Assembly: GCA_047967505.1 (NCBI GenBank) | Contig: CM106538.1 | Direction: 5' to 3' (one strand) | Origin: Dipteris shenzhenensis | Taxonomy: Eukaryota | DNA: 64,000 bases | Shown: positions 50,101-61,393 of the stretch, one piece after another | Layout of the letters: each line of letters begins with the position of its first letter | Numbering within the stretch: the first letter of the stretch is position 1 | Position numbers and translations under genes: made by a program | Notes under the pieces: model-generated | Told to the model about the DNA's origin: nothing | Databases searched by the model: none | The model's input: the letters and a program-made list of their open reading frames with translations, nothing else

Positions 50101-51331
50101 CCAGGTTCTTGGTGATATTCAAAATATGAAATACATCAGACAAGTATTTCTTTTTCCCTTCCTGCATAGACAAAGGAATTTTACCAATTTGCATAATAGG
50201 ATGTGCAGTATCATCACCAGTCTTCACAAATCCTGGTCTTTCCATTTTCCTTGCATCCTGCATCCATTTTGCATGACTTGTCATGTGGTTTGATGCACCT
50301 GAGTCAACATACCACACATCATTGCTTTCTTTTGCACTTGTCATAGAATCGGTCATGTGTTGCACCATAAACAAATGCTCATCTCTGTTGTCATCCTGTC
50401 TACTAGAGGATTTATAATTGCCTTACTGCAAATTTCCATTCATGATGTCATGCTGCTTTTTGTAGCAGTCTTTAGCCATATGACCCATTTTACCACAATA
50501 ATAGCATTCAACATTGTTGTTTGCATTTTGGCCTCTTTGCCATCCACCACGACCTCTTTGGCTCCCCCTGCCTCTAAAGTTAACACATCCTCCTCCATAG
50601 GACTGATTTTCTTGAATTTGCTACATATTCTGATTTCTGCCATAGCCTCCAGATTGGCTTGCTCTACCTTTGCCTCTATCTCTTCCATCATTTGAGTAGA
50701 AGACAACTTCTTTTGAAGTTCCTCTTGAAGAAGATGCACCACCATTTCTCTACTCTTCAGAAATTAAAAGAGCAATAAACTCCCCAAAATCAGGAAAATT
50801 CTCACGGATGGCAATGGATGTCTGGAACTGTGCATAATCCTTTCCTAGACCATTCAAGGTCACAAAAACTAAATCATCATCTTCCACTAGCGACCCAATA
50901 GAAGCAAGCGCATCTGCAATCTTCTTCACCTTCATGTGGTAGTCATTGATGCTCATATTTTCTCTCTGCACATTATGCAACTCCTACTTGAGCTGCATTT
51001 TCCTGGCTTGCGTATTTGTGCTATACATTTTTGTCAAAGTATCCCATGCCTCCTTCGGCATGCTTGCATCCTGAATATGCACAATCATAGAATTTGAAAT
51101 GATGATAGACATCCAGTACATAACTTTTTTGGCTCTCTCATGCCATCCTTTAAATGCCTGCAACTCCTGTTGATTAGGAACATTAGGAATAACTAGTTCT
51201 TGTTCAGCTCCAGTAATGAACTCCCAATAGCCTTTTCCCTTAAGGAAATTCATCATTCTAAACTTCCATGTTGGGAAGTTGTTATTGTCAAGCTTTTCAG
51301 TGACAATCTGTGAAAGAGCATCAGACGCCAT
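47172..51331 (-). pseudogene. gag-pol: copia gag-pol of element B, disrupted
   Basis: MASDALSQIVTEKLDNNNFPTWK gag, WYVDSGASNHMT protease, LRSDGGGEY integrase, QMDVKNAF/YVDD RT and YHARTKHIEVH/ADIFTK RNase H. Confidence 0.95.
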
Positions 51332-52270
51332 CAGAGAACACTGCAAAAATATTCTATCACTACAAAAAACACAATTTCTGCCTCACAAGGGCAAACCACA
51401 CAGTCACTTCCTACTGATGATTTTGCATTAATAGGCAATAAGAATGATTCTACCACTCCCAATATCTCTATGCATAGGCATATGATGCAATTTCTGCGGT
51501 AACTTTTCACTGACCTGTAGAAAATGGTTGCACAGGAAAAATAGGGCACCTTTCTGAGTGTCTGCGGAAAACTTCTGTGACCAAAACGGGCCCCGAAATG
51601 CCAGCATATACTACCCTCTCGCCACACCACAAAGGGCATCCCAATATGAGACATTGCACTCTTGCACTTTTCGGCTGTACTACCTGTAGAGATTTGCTCC
51701 CAAACTCGAAAAAGAAAAGCAACACTGATCCTCTCACCAAGACACCACAAACTTGGTTTGCTTTACATACCAGCTGGTCGGACCAAGGAGTCGAAGAGAA
51801 GATCCTTGGTCCGAGGGTCCTAGAACTGGGAGTGGAAGCACTGTCTCTCTAGCCGAGCCAGTGAGGCATATCCCTACTCAGTCTAGCCTGCATCACTGGT
51901 CTCATCATGAAGATCAGGCCAGAGAAGATGACCCCCAACTAAGTGTATGAGGATACGATCTTCGAAAGAAACAAGTCTAAAACAAATTATGTATTCTTTT
52001 TACCTTGAAATATCATTGGCTCTTGGGGTTTTGCTAAGAAAGGTGCCATGCCATATTTGCTATCAGCAGATCGTCATCGTCCATTGTCATGTGTACATCT
52101 GATGGATCATTTTCAAAAGGAGCAAGTCTAAAATAGAATCTATATTCTTTTTACCTCGAGTTGGCTCTTGGGGTTAAGGGTTTAAGATGAAAGGTGTCGT
52201 GTCATAGGATTTAGTTTTCATGCTTCATTTTAGTATCCTAATCCTTACCATGAACCGAATTTGGATACCA

Positions 52271-52645
52271 TGTGAAGAGAGTGGGAGAGAGGTAAGGAGT
52301 CTCACTTGTAGCTTTCTCACATACACAATGGGGGAATACATAGAAAGGTGGAGGCTGAAAACAGTTTTCCTCTTCTTAGTTGTGAAAGCCAAAAGAACTC
52401 TCTCCTAGTATAAAAGGAATAGATGAACCCTATATGTGGGTCTCAAACCAAACTCAGCTAACCTAGGTGGCATACTAACTGAGCCACTAATTAGAGTACA
52501 TAAAGATAGTTGTCATCTAGCTATTAGAGTACATAAAGATAGTTGTCATGGGCGGTGTACCAACCGCATCTGCAGTAACAAGTTGGTGACATAAATGCAC
52601 AACGGTCACCCTAGCATATTATGAGTGGAGCTCGATATCTCAACA
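52271..52645 (-). repeat. 5' LTR of element B (375 bp)
   Basis: TGTTGAGATATC...CTTCACA on the minus strand, adjoining the PBS. Confidence 0.92.
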
Positions 52646-52650
52646 ACCAT

Positions 52651-53082
52651 ATCATCAAACACTTCCTCCTCCATAGCCTCATGAGGTAATGGTGAGGGCT
52701 ACTGTCACCATCACTGCATGCGTAACGATCCCTCCTAAGATCCCACGTGATATCATCGATGCTTTGCCTCCTGACGACAAGCATAGGGCAACATATGTGG
52801 GTGTGGCACTACATCCTGTATCAAATTAAAAAAGGATCATATATCAAACACATGAACACCCATAGGTATCTCAGTCAACATTAACGATTTAACACTTACC
52901 ATGTTTACGATCGCATCCCATTTTCCGTACTTTGAGATGTGATTGAGTGTAATTCTGCATGCACGATACATGTTTCCTCGACATCGATCACACATACATT
53001 TGATTTTTTGCTCCAACCAAATTTCGTGATAATGGATATGAAGGGATTCATCCTCACTAGTGCTACTTGTTGAAGATGAAGA
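52651..53082 (-). pseudogene. TnpD: CACTA transposase 5' exons (transposase-associated Cys/His domain)
   Basis: KCMCDRCRG...ITLNHISKYG motif; continues across element B into 36544-38018. Confidence 0.65.
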
Positions 53083-53139
53083 CATCCTATAGATAAACAA
53101 CCCAAAAAATGTTCTTGCATGAGTTGTAAATGTCAAAAC

Positions 53140-54915
53140 TTTGTGTAGCATCTAAGTGCACATCTAACACCATATCTATACTATGGAACACGTCTATAGG
53201 CACGTCTAAAACACAGTTTTGATGCATTGATAGATGTGTAGACTGTGAACTGATTTTTGAACCTACTTTTAGCACGCTTGCTTTCCTTCACATACTTTTA
53301 GCATTGCGCGGCTTGCTTTCCTATTAACACACACAGCACTAGGCATCCACACTCATCTCCAAGCACCCACTCTCATCTCCAAGCTTACACACTCATCCCC
53401 ACGCATACAAGAGAAGATGGTGAACAAGGAAGAGAAGAAGGAGAAGCAGCTTTGAAGAAGGACTAGAAGCTTCCATACCTCTATCCAAGGTAATTCTCTT
53501 GGTGGTTGGTCTTCTTTGGAAGTTGCTCTCCTTGGATTCGTCCTTTGTCATATGCAAGGAAGGAATGTTTTTGGTACTAGGGTTGTTCTTTTTGGGGTTG
53601 GGTTCATGACCTTTTTAGCTTTTTTTAAAAAGACGTTTATTGGAGCACGTCTACAAATGCATCTAAAGCACGTCTAATATTTTGGAAAACAGGCAGTCAT
53701 GCCTGCACTGTTAGATGCATCTATAGATGCGGTTCGATAGTTTTCTTATTTTTTATTCCCTTTCCCTTTCCCCTTCCCCTTCCTCTTTCCCCTTCCCCTT
53801 CGCCTTCCCCTTCCCCTTCCTTCTCTTTCCTTTCTCCTTTGCATGCATGTTTGAGTTGAATTTTCAATGCCTTAAGCATTTGTGAGGAAATAAGGGATTG
53901 CATGAATGATGGAAATAAGTGATTGCATGAGGGCAGGTCTAAGAAAGAGAAAAATTGGACTAAAGCATGAGGGTAGGATAAAGAGGGCATGCATGATGGA
54001 GCATTATTTTTCTCTCTTTTTCCTCTTCACGGGTTGATTACTGAGGAGGAATATATCTAGGCTACTAGAGTGTCCCCCCAGGTATATAAAAGAAATTAAA
54101 TAATGTCAATATTGTAAATAAAGATTTAAATTTTCATACATTGATACATGGTGTCTCTCATTTATAGGGCCCTAGGGCTAATCAGGAGGAAGAAGATGAG
54201 AAAGAAGGGAGGAAAGAAGGGAGTGAGGATGTGGAGAACTTAGATTAGTCGTAGAAGTAGTGCTAGCTACACTTTTTTGTACTTAAAGCCATTGGGTTGG
54301 CTTCATGCCTCTTGTATATACACTCCTCTTATTTTTTATACTTGAAGCCACAAGATGTGGCTTGGCTTCATGCTATATGTACATACAAGCACTTTTTGGG
54401 CTATGAATTAATATACACTCCTTTTTTCTTTTTGCTTTCAATTTCCTTATGCAATGTTCTATCAATGAATGCCTTGTGAACTAAACGTTTTGGAGTTGTA
54501 ATGTTTTGTTTGAAATTGTAATTGTTGGCTATAGACCTGCTTGGAATCGTGCTAATTAAAATGCAGTTGGCTATAAGAATTGAATTGCACAATGTGGAAA
54601 TGGGATTCTTGTAACCACATAGCATACACAACATACACATCATTCTATTCAACCACACAAAATTCTACTTTTATTTGAAAAAATTTATGTAGAGCATCTA
54701 TAAGTGCGTCTGTGTACGCGTCTTTTTGTTTTTTTAAATTTCTACAGAGCGTCTAAAAGCGCATCTATAGGCACGTCTATCAGTTATATAAATGTGCCTA
54801 TATATGTGCATCTGTAGACATGCTAATAGACACACAAATAGATGCACCCGTAAGCTTTTTTAAAAATAAGGAAACACGTCTGTGTGCACGTCTATGGGTG
54901 CTTTGTGTTGTTGTG
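53140..54915. repeat. CACTA-type subterminal repeats (ACGTCTA/GCATCTA in both orientations) with a possible degenerate terminus at 54915
   Basis: Many ACGTCTA, GCGTCTA, GCATCTA and TAGATG motifs at 53140-53730 and 54690-54900; the end reads CACAACAACACAAAG on the minus strand (CACTACA-like). Confidence 0.55.
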
Positions 54916-55397
54916 CTCTCCATCATTTAAGGATGGGATATATAAACATGCGAAAGGCAGAGAGCAAAGGAAAAAGAAACATTATTAGGAAGGGGATGGA
55001 AGACCAAGGAGGTGATTGATGAGAGTAGGAAGAGAGCAAAGAGAGGATGTAGAGATAAGGGAGGGGGGGAAGGCAACAAGCATAGATAAAAAAGAAAGAA
55101 GAAGTGTTAGGCACGTTTAGGTGCTTGGATCTTGAATACTTTGAAACTTTCCACATTACAGCTCACGAGTAGCTTACAAGATGGTGCTACTTGAGATTAT
55201 AATTATGTGATGCTAGTAGTAGTGGACATCCTTCTATTTGAACCACAACATAAGGCTAAGTATAGGAGAGTTGTTATGTCCTTGGTGGACCACACACATA
55301 TAGAGATCGATAGAAATTATAGCTTTTTTTCCACTACATACTTATGAGAGCTCTTTATCCATATTCACTCACCTTTACATTGGGCCTTTTTGCATTT

Positions 55398-56385
55398 GGG
55401 AGGCATCTACTAAGTTAGACAACTCAAATTATAGAAAGTGGAAATACCAAATGGAGAGTATTGTTGTAATTCAAAACAGATGGGAGTATATCGATGGGTG
55501 TCCATCTAGACCATCTAATGGTGTAACAACAACTCCCACCATTGCCACAGCATAAGCAACATGATCTACATCTGCACTAATAGTGTCCGGACCTACAGTA
55601 GATCCTACCATCGCCCAAGCACATGCAAAATGGGACAAGAAAGACAAATATGCATATTATTTGATCAAGTAAAATGTGCAAGATGTCATGCTAGGACAAC
55701 TCAACACAGTGAAGACATCCAAAGAAGCATGGGATATGTTTGCAGCTCTTTAGAGTTCAAGAACACATCTAGGATTCTCACATTGAGAAACTTGGTCAAC
55801 TAGAGTTTCTCCAACATCAATGAAACTGGTCATGTTGATGTACTACTCAGAATCAAGGATTACAATAATCAACTCATAGCAACAACAGCCAACAGGAGAG
55901 ACTATGAATCCCTTAGAATGGTTCAATTCATTTTGAATGGGGATATAAGATTCTAGTCCATAGTATTTCCATTCACTAGCAAATTCCAACACTGGAAGAA
56001 TTACAGTCATTGTTGCTAGGTGAAGAACTCGCGACTCATGCCATTCAAGCATGCAAAGGTCATTTTAATGATCAAGCATTCACACTTCAGACAGATGTAA
56101 GGCAAAGATAGAGGAAGAGGTAGAGGTAGAGGTAGAGGTAAAGCATCTCAGAGAAGTCACCATCAACATCAAAGTCAGCACTAGCATCAGCATCAGCATC
56201 CAAGAAGAAATCATTCCAATTGAGGAAGATTTCAAGGATGAGGGAATGTTTTTGTCAACGTGTCAAAAATTCACTGAAAGTACTGTCATAAGTTTGCACA
56301 CAATGAAAGACATTGCCACAAGAAGTAGTACAACCAAGGAGGTTAATCTAGCAAACAATCCAGGAAGTTTTTGTGGAAGGGGTCA
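55398..56385 (+). pseudogene. gag: old degenerate gag fragment related to copia family A
   Basis: GGAGGCATCT..TAAGTTAGACAACTC and CAAGAACACATCTAGGATTCTCAC match the A2 gag; many indels and stops. Confidence 0.85.
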
Positions 56386-56639
56386 TTGTTTGCTTCGATG
56401 TAGCATTAGGGGAGAATTGGTGTCTCAAAAGGGCCTCATAAGGAATGGGTTAAGAAATGGATTAGGCCTAATGCAAGCCCTCTTGTGAGGTCCAAGGGAG
56501 TCCTAAAGCCCCTACCTAGGTGGGCTAAGCCCAGTTGATCCCACCTCTTACACCTCTTACACCTAGGAGGGGGCCACCTCTTACACCTCTTACACCAAGG
56601 AGGGGGCACTTTTCCCAAAGTCAAAATTTCAAATTTTGA

Positions 56640-57175
56640 ATTTGAATTCCCTCTCTCCACCTCCTCCCCCTATCCTCCAAAGTCAAACTTTTGAATTTGA
56701 ATTCCCTCCTCCTCCTGCCATCCTCTTCCTTGTCTCCCTCCTCCCTCCTCCTCTTCATACGTCCCATTCCTTCTCCTCCTCCTCTTCTTCACACGTCCCA
56801 TTCCTTCTTCTCCTCCTCCCTCCCCCTACCTCCCTCCTCCCTCCCCCCCTCCTCCTCCCTTTGTCCACATGTCTCCTCCTCCCTCCTCCCACATGCCTCC
56901 TCCTCCTCCCCCCCTGCTGCTTTTTCCTCCTCCTCCCTCCTCCCACATGCATCCTCCTCCTCCTCCCCCTGTTGCTTTTTCTTGCTCCTCCTCCTCCCTC
57001 ATGCTCATGCATTCTCCTCTTCCCTCATGCTCATGCCTACTCCTCCTTCCTCCTACTCATGCAAGCTCATCTTGCCTCATGCTCATGCCTGCTCCTATTG
57101 CTTCTACTCCTCCTACTCATGCGTATTTGTCTGCCCTCATCCTCACACCTAGTGCTCTGCTTGCTTCTCCTCCAA
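56640..57175. repeat. CCT-rich low-complexity tract
   Basis: Degenerate (CCT)n and (CTCATG)n. Confidence 0.8.
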
Positions 57176-58002
57176 CACTATATTAGAGAATTTGGAAAAA
57201 TCCCAATTCCCACAAAATAAAATATAGTCACTTCAAAAGTAAGTTTTGATGTTTTTTTATTGAAACATTAGCGAGTCCATTAAGGACCCAAGTTTCAACT
57301 ATGTTGCAAGAGACTAGACCATGCACAATACTTTCCCAATTTCTAGAACCCAAGCAACAAGCTTCCTTATGTTGCTATAGCAAAAGGACTTAATAGATAT
57401 AAACATGGCCCCATGGCCAAAACATTTGTTGATTTGCTAGTGAAAGAAAGATGTTTGTTGTTTCATATGCATCAAAACCACAAACAAAAGCCAATTTATA
57501 GATGCTGCATTAGGAAGATTCATTGGAGTAAATTAAATTACTGTATTGATATATGCAATAGGATTGTTATAGAGCTCTTCGAAGATGAGCTACTTTGTGA
57601 GTATTAATACTAGTATGGAATTGTTAATGACTGTGTTAAACGATGTGGTGCAAAATTTAGTTGCAAAATTGGCTATGTGTCAATGGTTTTGATTAGATTT
57701 AGCACAAGAAAGCAATTTTAAAAAAGGTTTTATCAAGACCATGTCTCTGAGTTTCATGAGCTCTTTTGTGATGGAGAGTTTCACGAGATCTATAGTGATG
57801 GAACGGTGTTTTTGAACACCACATTTATATGATGGATGTCAAAGCTCTACACTATCCTATTGCATATGTCAATACTACAATTTATCAACATAGAAACATA
57901 TGCATTTGGCATTAATTTGATACGTCTAATATACCAAATAAAAACTGACAATTGTTGCAAGTCTAATTTTGTTTTTGAACACCACATTTATATGATGGAT
58001 GT

Positions 58003-58809
58003 CACCCATACCTTCCTGTAGATGTGCCGACTAAGACACCCATAGATGCATCAGTCATAGCTAGGGTTCCTACAGTCACTTGCATCCTTTGCCACTAGGA
58101 TTTTGACACCATAGGGTGGTTTGGACTAGGGTGCGGCCACATTGCACATCTCCATTACATGACCTTCCACATGGTGGCATGGTCAGTGTGCCCTGTATGC
58201 TTTGCTGACATTGATGTGGCCACTTACAGAGGACTAGGCATGGATGATCTGTATCCTATTCATTGTCACTCCATTGATCCATTTGCCCATGTGGTCTTGA
58301 TAGAGCACTACAGGGAGGAGGCATAGAGAGCTTTGTTGTAGCAGGAGGGTGCTAATATTTCAGTGGTTGCAGCATGTGTTCCACGATGCTTCTCGTATGT
58401 GGATTTCATGCTAGCTGACAAGGCACGAGCAGAGGAGGAACATCGTATTGAGCGAGAGGCAGAGTTTTAGATATCATTGCAGCAGTGGGTGGAGTAGCAA
58501 CTTGGGCAGCATCTTCTACGTGTAGAGACAATTGCTCGAGCTAGATTTGAGGCATGGGTATTTGTAGATGCACGACTTTGGGAGTTGAGGCGCGCATACA
58601 TAGAGGAGGCGAGGGAGGTAGAGATGGTAGCGGTGGCTCATGCAGCATGCCCTCCTCATCATCAGGATGAGGCTAGCCCATTTGATCTAGGAGATGAGGC
58701 TTTGGCCAAGGGTACACAACGGATGGTTAGGCAGCGGGTCGTGCAAAAGCCATGTCATTGGACGACTAGAGGATCATATGTGGAGTTATCAGATTCTGAT
58801 TCAGGATGA
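58003..58809 (+). pseudogene. second, inverted, 5'-truncated copy of the RING-H2 gene
   Basis: Reverse-complement match to ~30065-29228; TCILCH*DFDTIGWFGLGCGHIAHLH...CPVC; ends SDSDSG*. Confidence 0.85.
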
Positions 58810-58980
58810 TTGTTCATGCTTCATGCCATATCTTGTTTAGGGATGCACATTTGCACGATGATGATGATGATGTACATATTCATTTTGGTACTTTCGTGAT
58901 GTTGCTCTTACTTTTATGATGTTATGAACATTTTGGTACTTCCATGATGTTGTTCTTCCTTGTAGAGGATCATATTTACT

Positions 58981-58985
58981 CTCTC

Positions 58986-59076
<91 letters not shown>
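58981..59076. repeat. (CT)n-(TA)n compound microsatellite
   Basis: Directly visible; another (CT)n lies at 59295-59348. Confidence 0.97.
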
Positions 59077-59078
<2 letters not shown>

Positions 59079-59291
59079 AACTCTCTCTCGTGCTATGAAA
59101 TTTGTAATACAGTCAATACTTTGTTTATCTCAGTTTATAGTTTGTTCAAATCTCACATAACATTGAGAATTAGGAGTATCATTTTGAATTTCAAATATCT
59201 CAATTCTTAAATCTAATATATAAGGTATTTTAAAAATAGTGTCGTGTGAAGTAATTCTAAACATTAAGCATTGAAAAGGTGTTCAAGTATA

Positions 59292-59353
<62 letters not shown>

Positions 59354-59579
59354 CTATGAACTTTATCATTTTGAATATTATATTGAATTTCGTATATATC
59401 AATACTTGCAATTATTACACTAATATTGTCACTAATTTTTGTAAATTTTGGATTAAGAAAAAAATGTCAATGTTTAGCATGGAATGGTTCTCAATGGTAG
59501 TAACATGTGTCTAACAGTAATACATGATTATGTACAATTGGTTCAAAATCATATAATACGTATATAATAATTCTCTCTT

Positions 59580-60625
59580 GGGGCAACCAAATCTTTCATG
59601 GATGTATATCTAGGGTATCCTAAGGGCCGTGCAAAGTTTCATCCCCAACAGATAAGTCCACATGCGTATTTGTTAGTACGTGCACCATTTTTCATACATA
59701 GTCACTAGTAGTGAGTGCATGCAAAAATGTATGCATTATACATTCCACGAGGCCCATACAAAATCCGTTGGCAACCAAATATTGCATGGATGTAGATCTA
59801 GGGTAGCCTAAGGGTCATGCAAAGTTTCATCCCCAAGAGATAAGTCCACATGCGTATTTGGTTAGTACGTGGGCCATTTTTCATACGTAGTCACTAGTAG
59901 TGAGTGCATGCAAAAAAGTACACATTATACCTTCCACATGGCACATACCAAATCAATTGGCAACCAAATCTTGCATGGATTTAGGTCTAAGGAGATTAAG
60001 GACCATGCAAAGTTTCATCCCCAACAGATAATTCCACGTGGGTATTTGGTTAGTACGTGCAACATTTTTCATACGTAGTCACTAGTAGTGAGTGCTTACA
60101 AAAATGTACGCATTATACCTTCCATGCGGCACATGTGAAATAAGTTGGCAATCAAATCTTGCATGGATGTAAATCTAAGGCAGCCTAAAGTTCGTGCAAA
60201 GTTTCATCCCCAACAGATAAGCCCACATGCATATTTGGTTAGTATGTGTACCATTTTTCATACGTAGTCACTAGTAGTGAGTGCATGCAAAAATGTATGC
60301 ATTATACCTTCCACACGGCACATATGAAATCATTTGACAACCAAATATTGCATGAATGTAGGTCTAGGGAGCCTAAGAGCCATGCAAAGTTTCATCCCCA
60401 ACAAATAAGTCCACATGCCTATTTGGTCAATAGGTGCACCATTTTTCATACGTAGTCACTAGTAGTGAGTGCTTGCAAAAATGTACGCATTATACCTTCC
60501 ACGTGGCACATACAAAATCATTTGGCAAAAAAATATTGCATGGATGTATATCTAGGGTAGCCTAAGGGCCGTGCAAAGTTTCATTGCCAACAGATAAGTC
60601 CACATAAGTATTTGGTTAGTACGTG
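59580..60625. repeat. ~188-bp tandem repeat, inverted homolog of 27410-28700 without telomere tracts
   Basis: AAAGTTTCATCCCCAA recurs at ~59633, 59821, 60010, 60198, 60386 and (degenerate) 60575; it is the reverse complement of TTGGGGATGAAACTT. Confidence 0.92.
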
Positions 60626-61393
60626 CACAAATTTACTTAGTCACATTTTAAAAATGTCCTAAAGCACAAAACACAATTACAACATAACTATTAAATTACA
60701 ATTATTTGTTTTAGAGAAACAACAAATCCCATTGAGAAGACAATGGACATCATGTATAAAATAGAATCTAATACAATGATGTGTATGAAAGTGTATAAAA
60801 CCATCATAGTGAAATACAAAATATGAGTCCATGAAAATTACAATGGTACGCTCACACAGTGAGGCTATACATATTGAATACAAAAATATGTAATCAACTA
60901 TAAGTGATACCCAATAAAAATCTATCTGATCAACTAATGATCCCAAAAACTATGATATGTAATGTGCTACTCCTCAAGATCGCCTCTCATGCTAATAGTT
61001 GCAAGTATGCTCTCGTGATCCTCCACTGCAAGGTGCCATCGTGGAGTGGACGTCACCTTGCAAGTGCGAACACAACACAAAGTAATCTTGATCTCAACAA
61101 CAAGATGAGAATACATATATGCCTCATGATCCACCATGCACTCCTAGAACTCAATATAATGACCATGCCTCTATATCTGTTGAAACTAGTAGCCACCTAT
61201 GTGTTAGATATGCTCAATGCCCCACCCTCCTAGTAACTAGTGGTCCAAGGTGCTCAAGTTGTAAGGCCCCTATATGAGGAGAAGTCATCTGTGAGCCCAG
61301 GACACTGGATGGATCTTGACTTACATGTTAGATGAGGTCTATCAATGAGATTGTTGATGGTAGAAAGGTGATTGTGTGGGAGCCCCTTATTCT

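Larger units (their letters stand above)
38024..52645 (-). mobile_element. Ty1/copia LTR retrotransposon family B, full length, inserted in the CACTA transposase
   Basis: 5' LTR 52271-52645; PBS TGGTATCCAA 52261-52270 (minus); 3' LTR split into 38024-38189 and 46975-47171 by A2; TSD ACCAT at 38019-38023 and 52646-52650. Confidence 0.95.

Noticed and set aside
56636-57220. Extensin/proline-rich protein gene
   Set aside because: A low-complexity CCT tract that is open in several frames on both strands; no signal peptide or Ser-Pro4/Tyr periodicity.
60930-61390. Decayed minus-strand coding fragment next to copia C
   Set aside because: Coding-like composition but no recognisable motif; a product cannot be supported.
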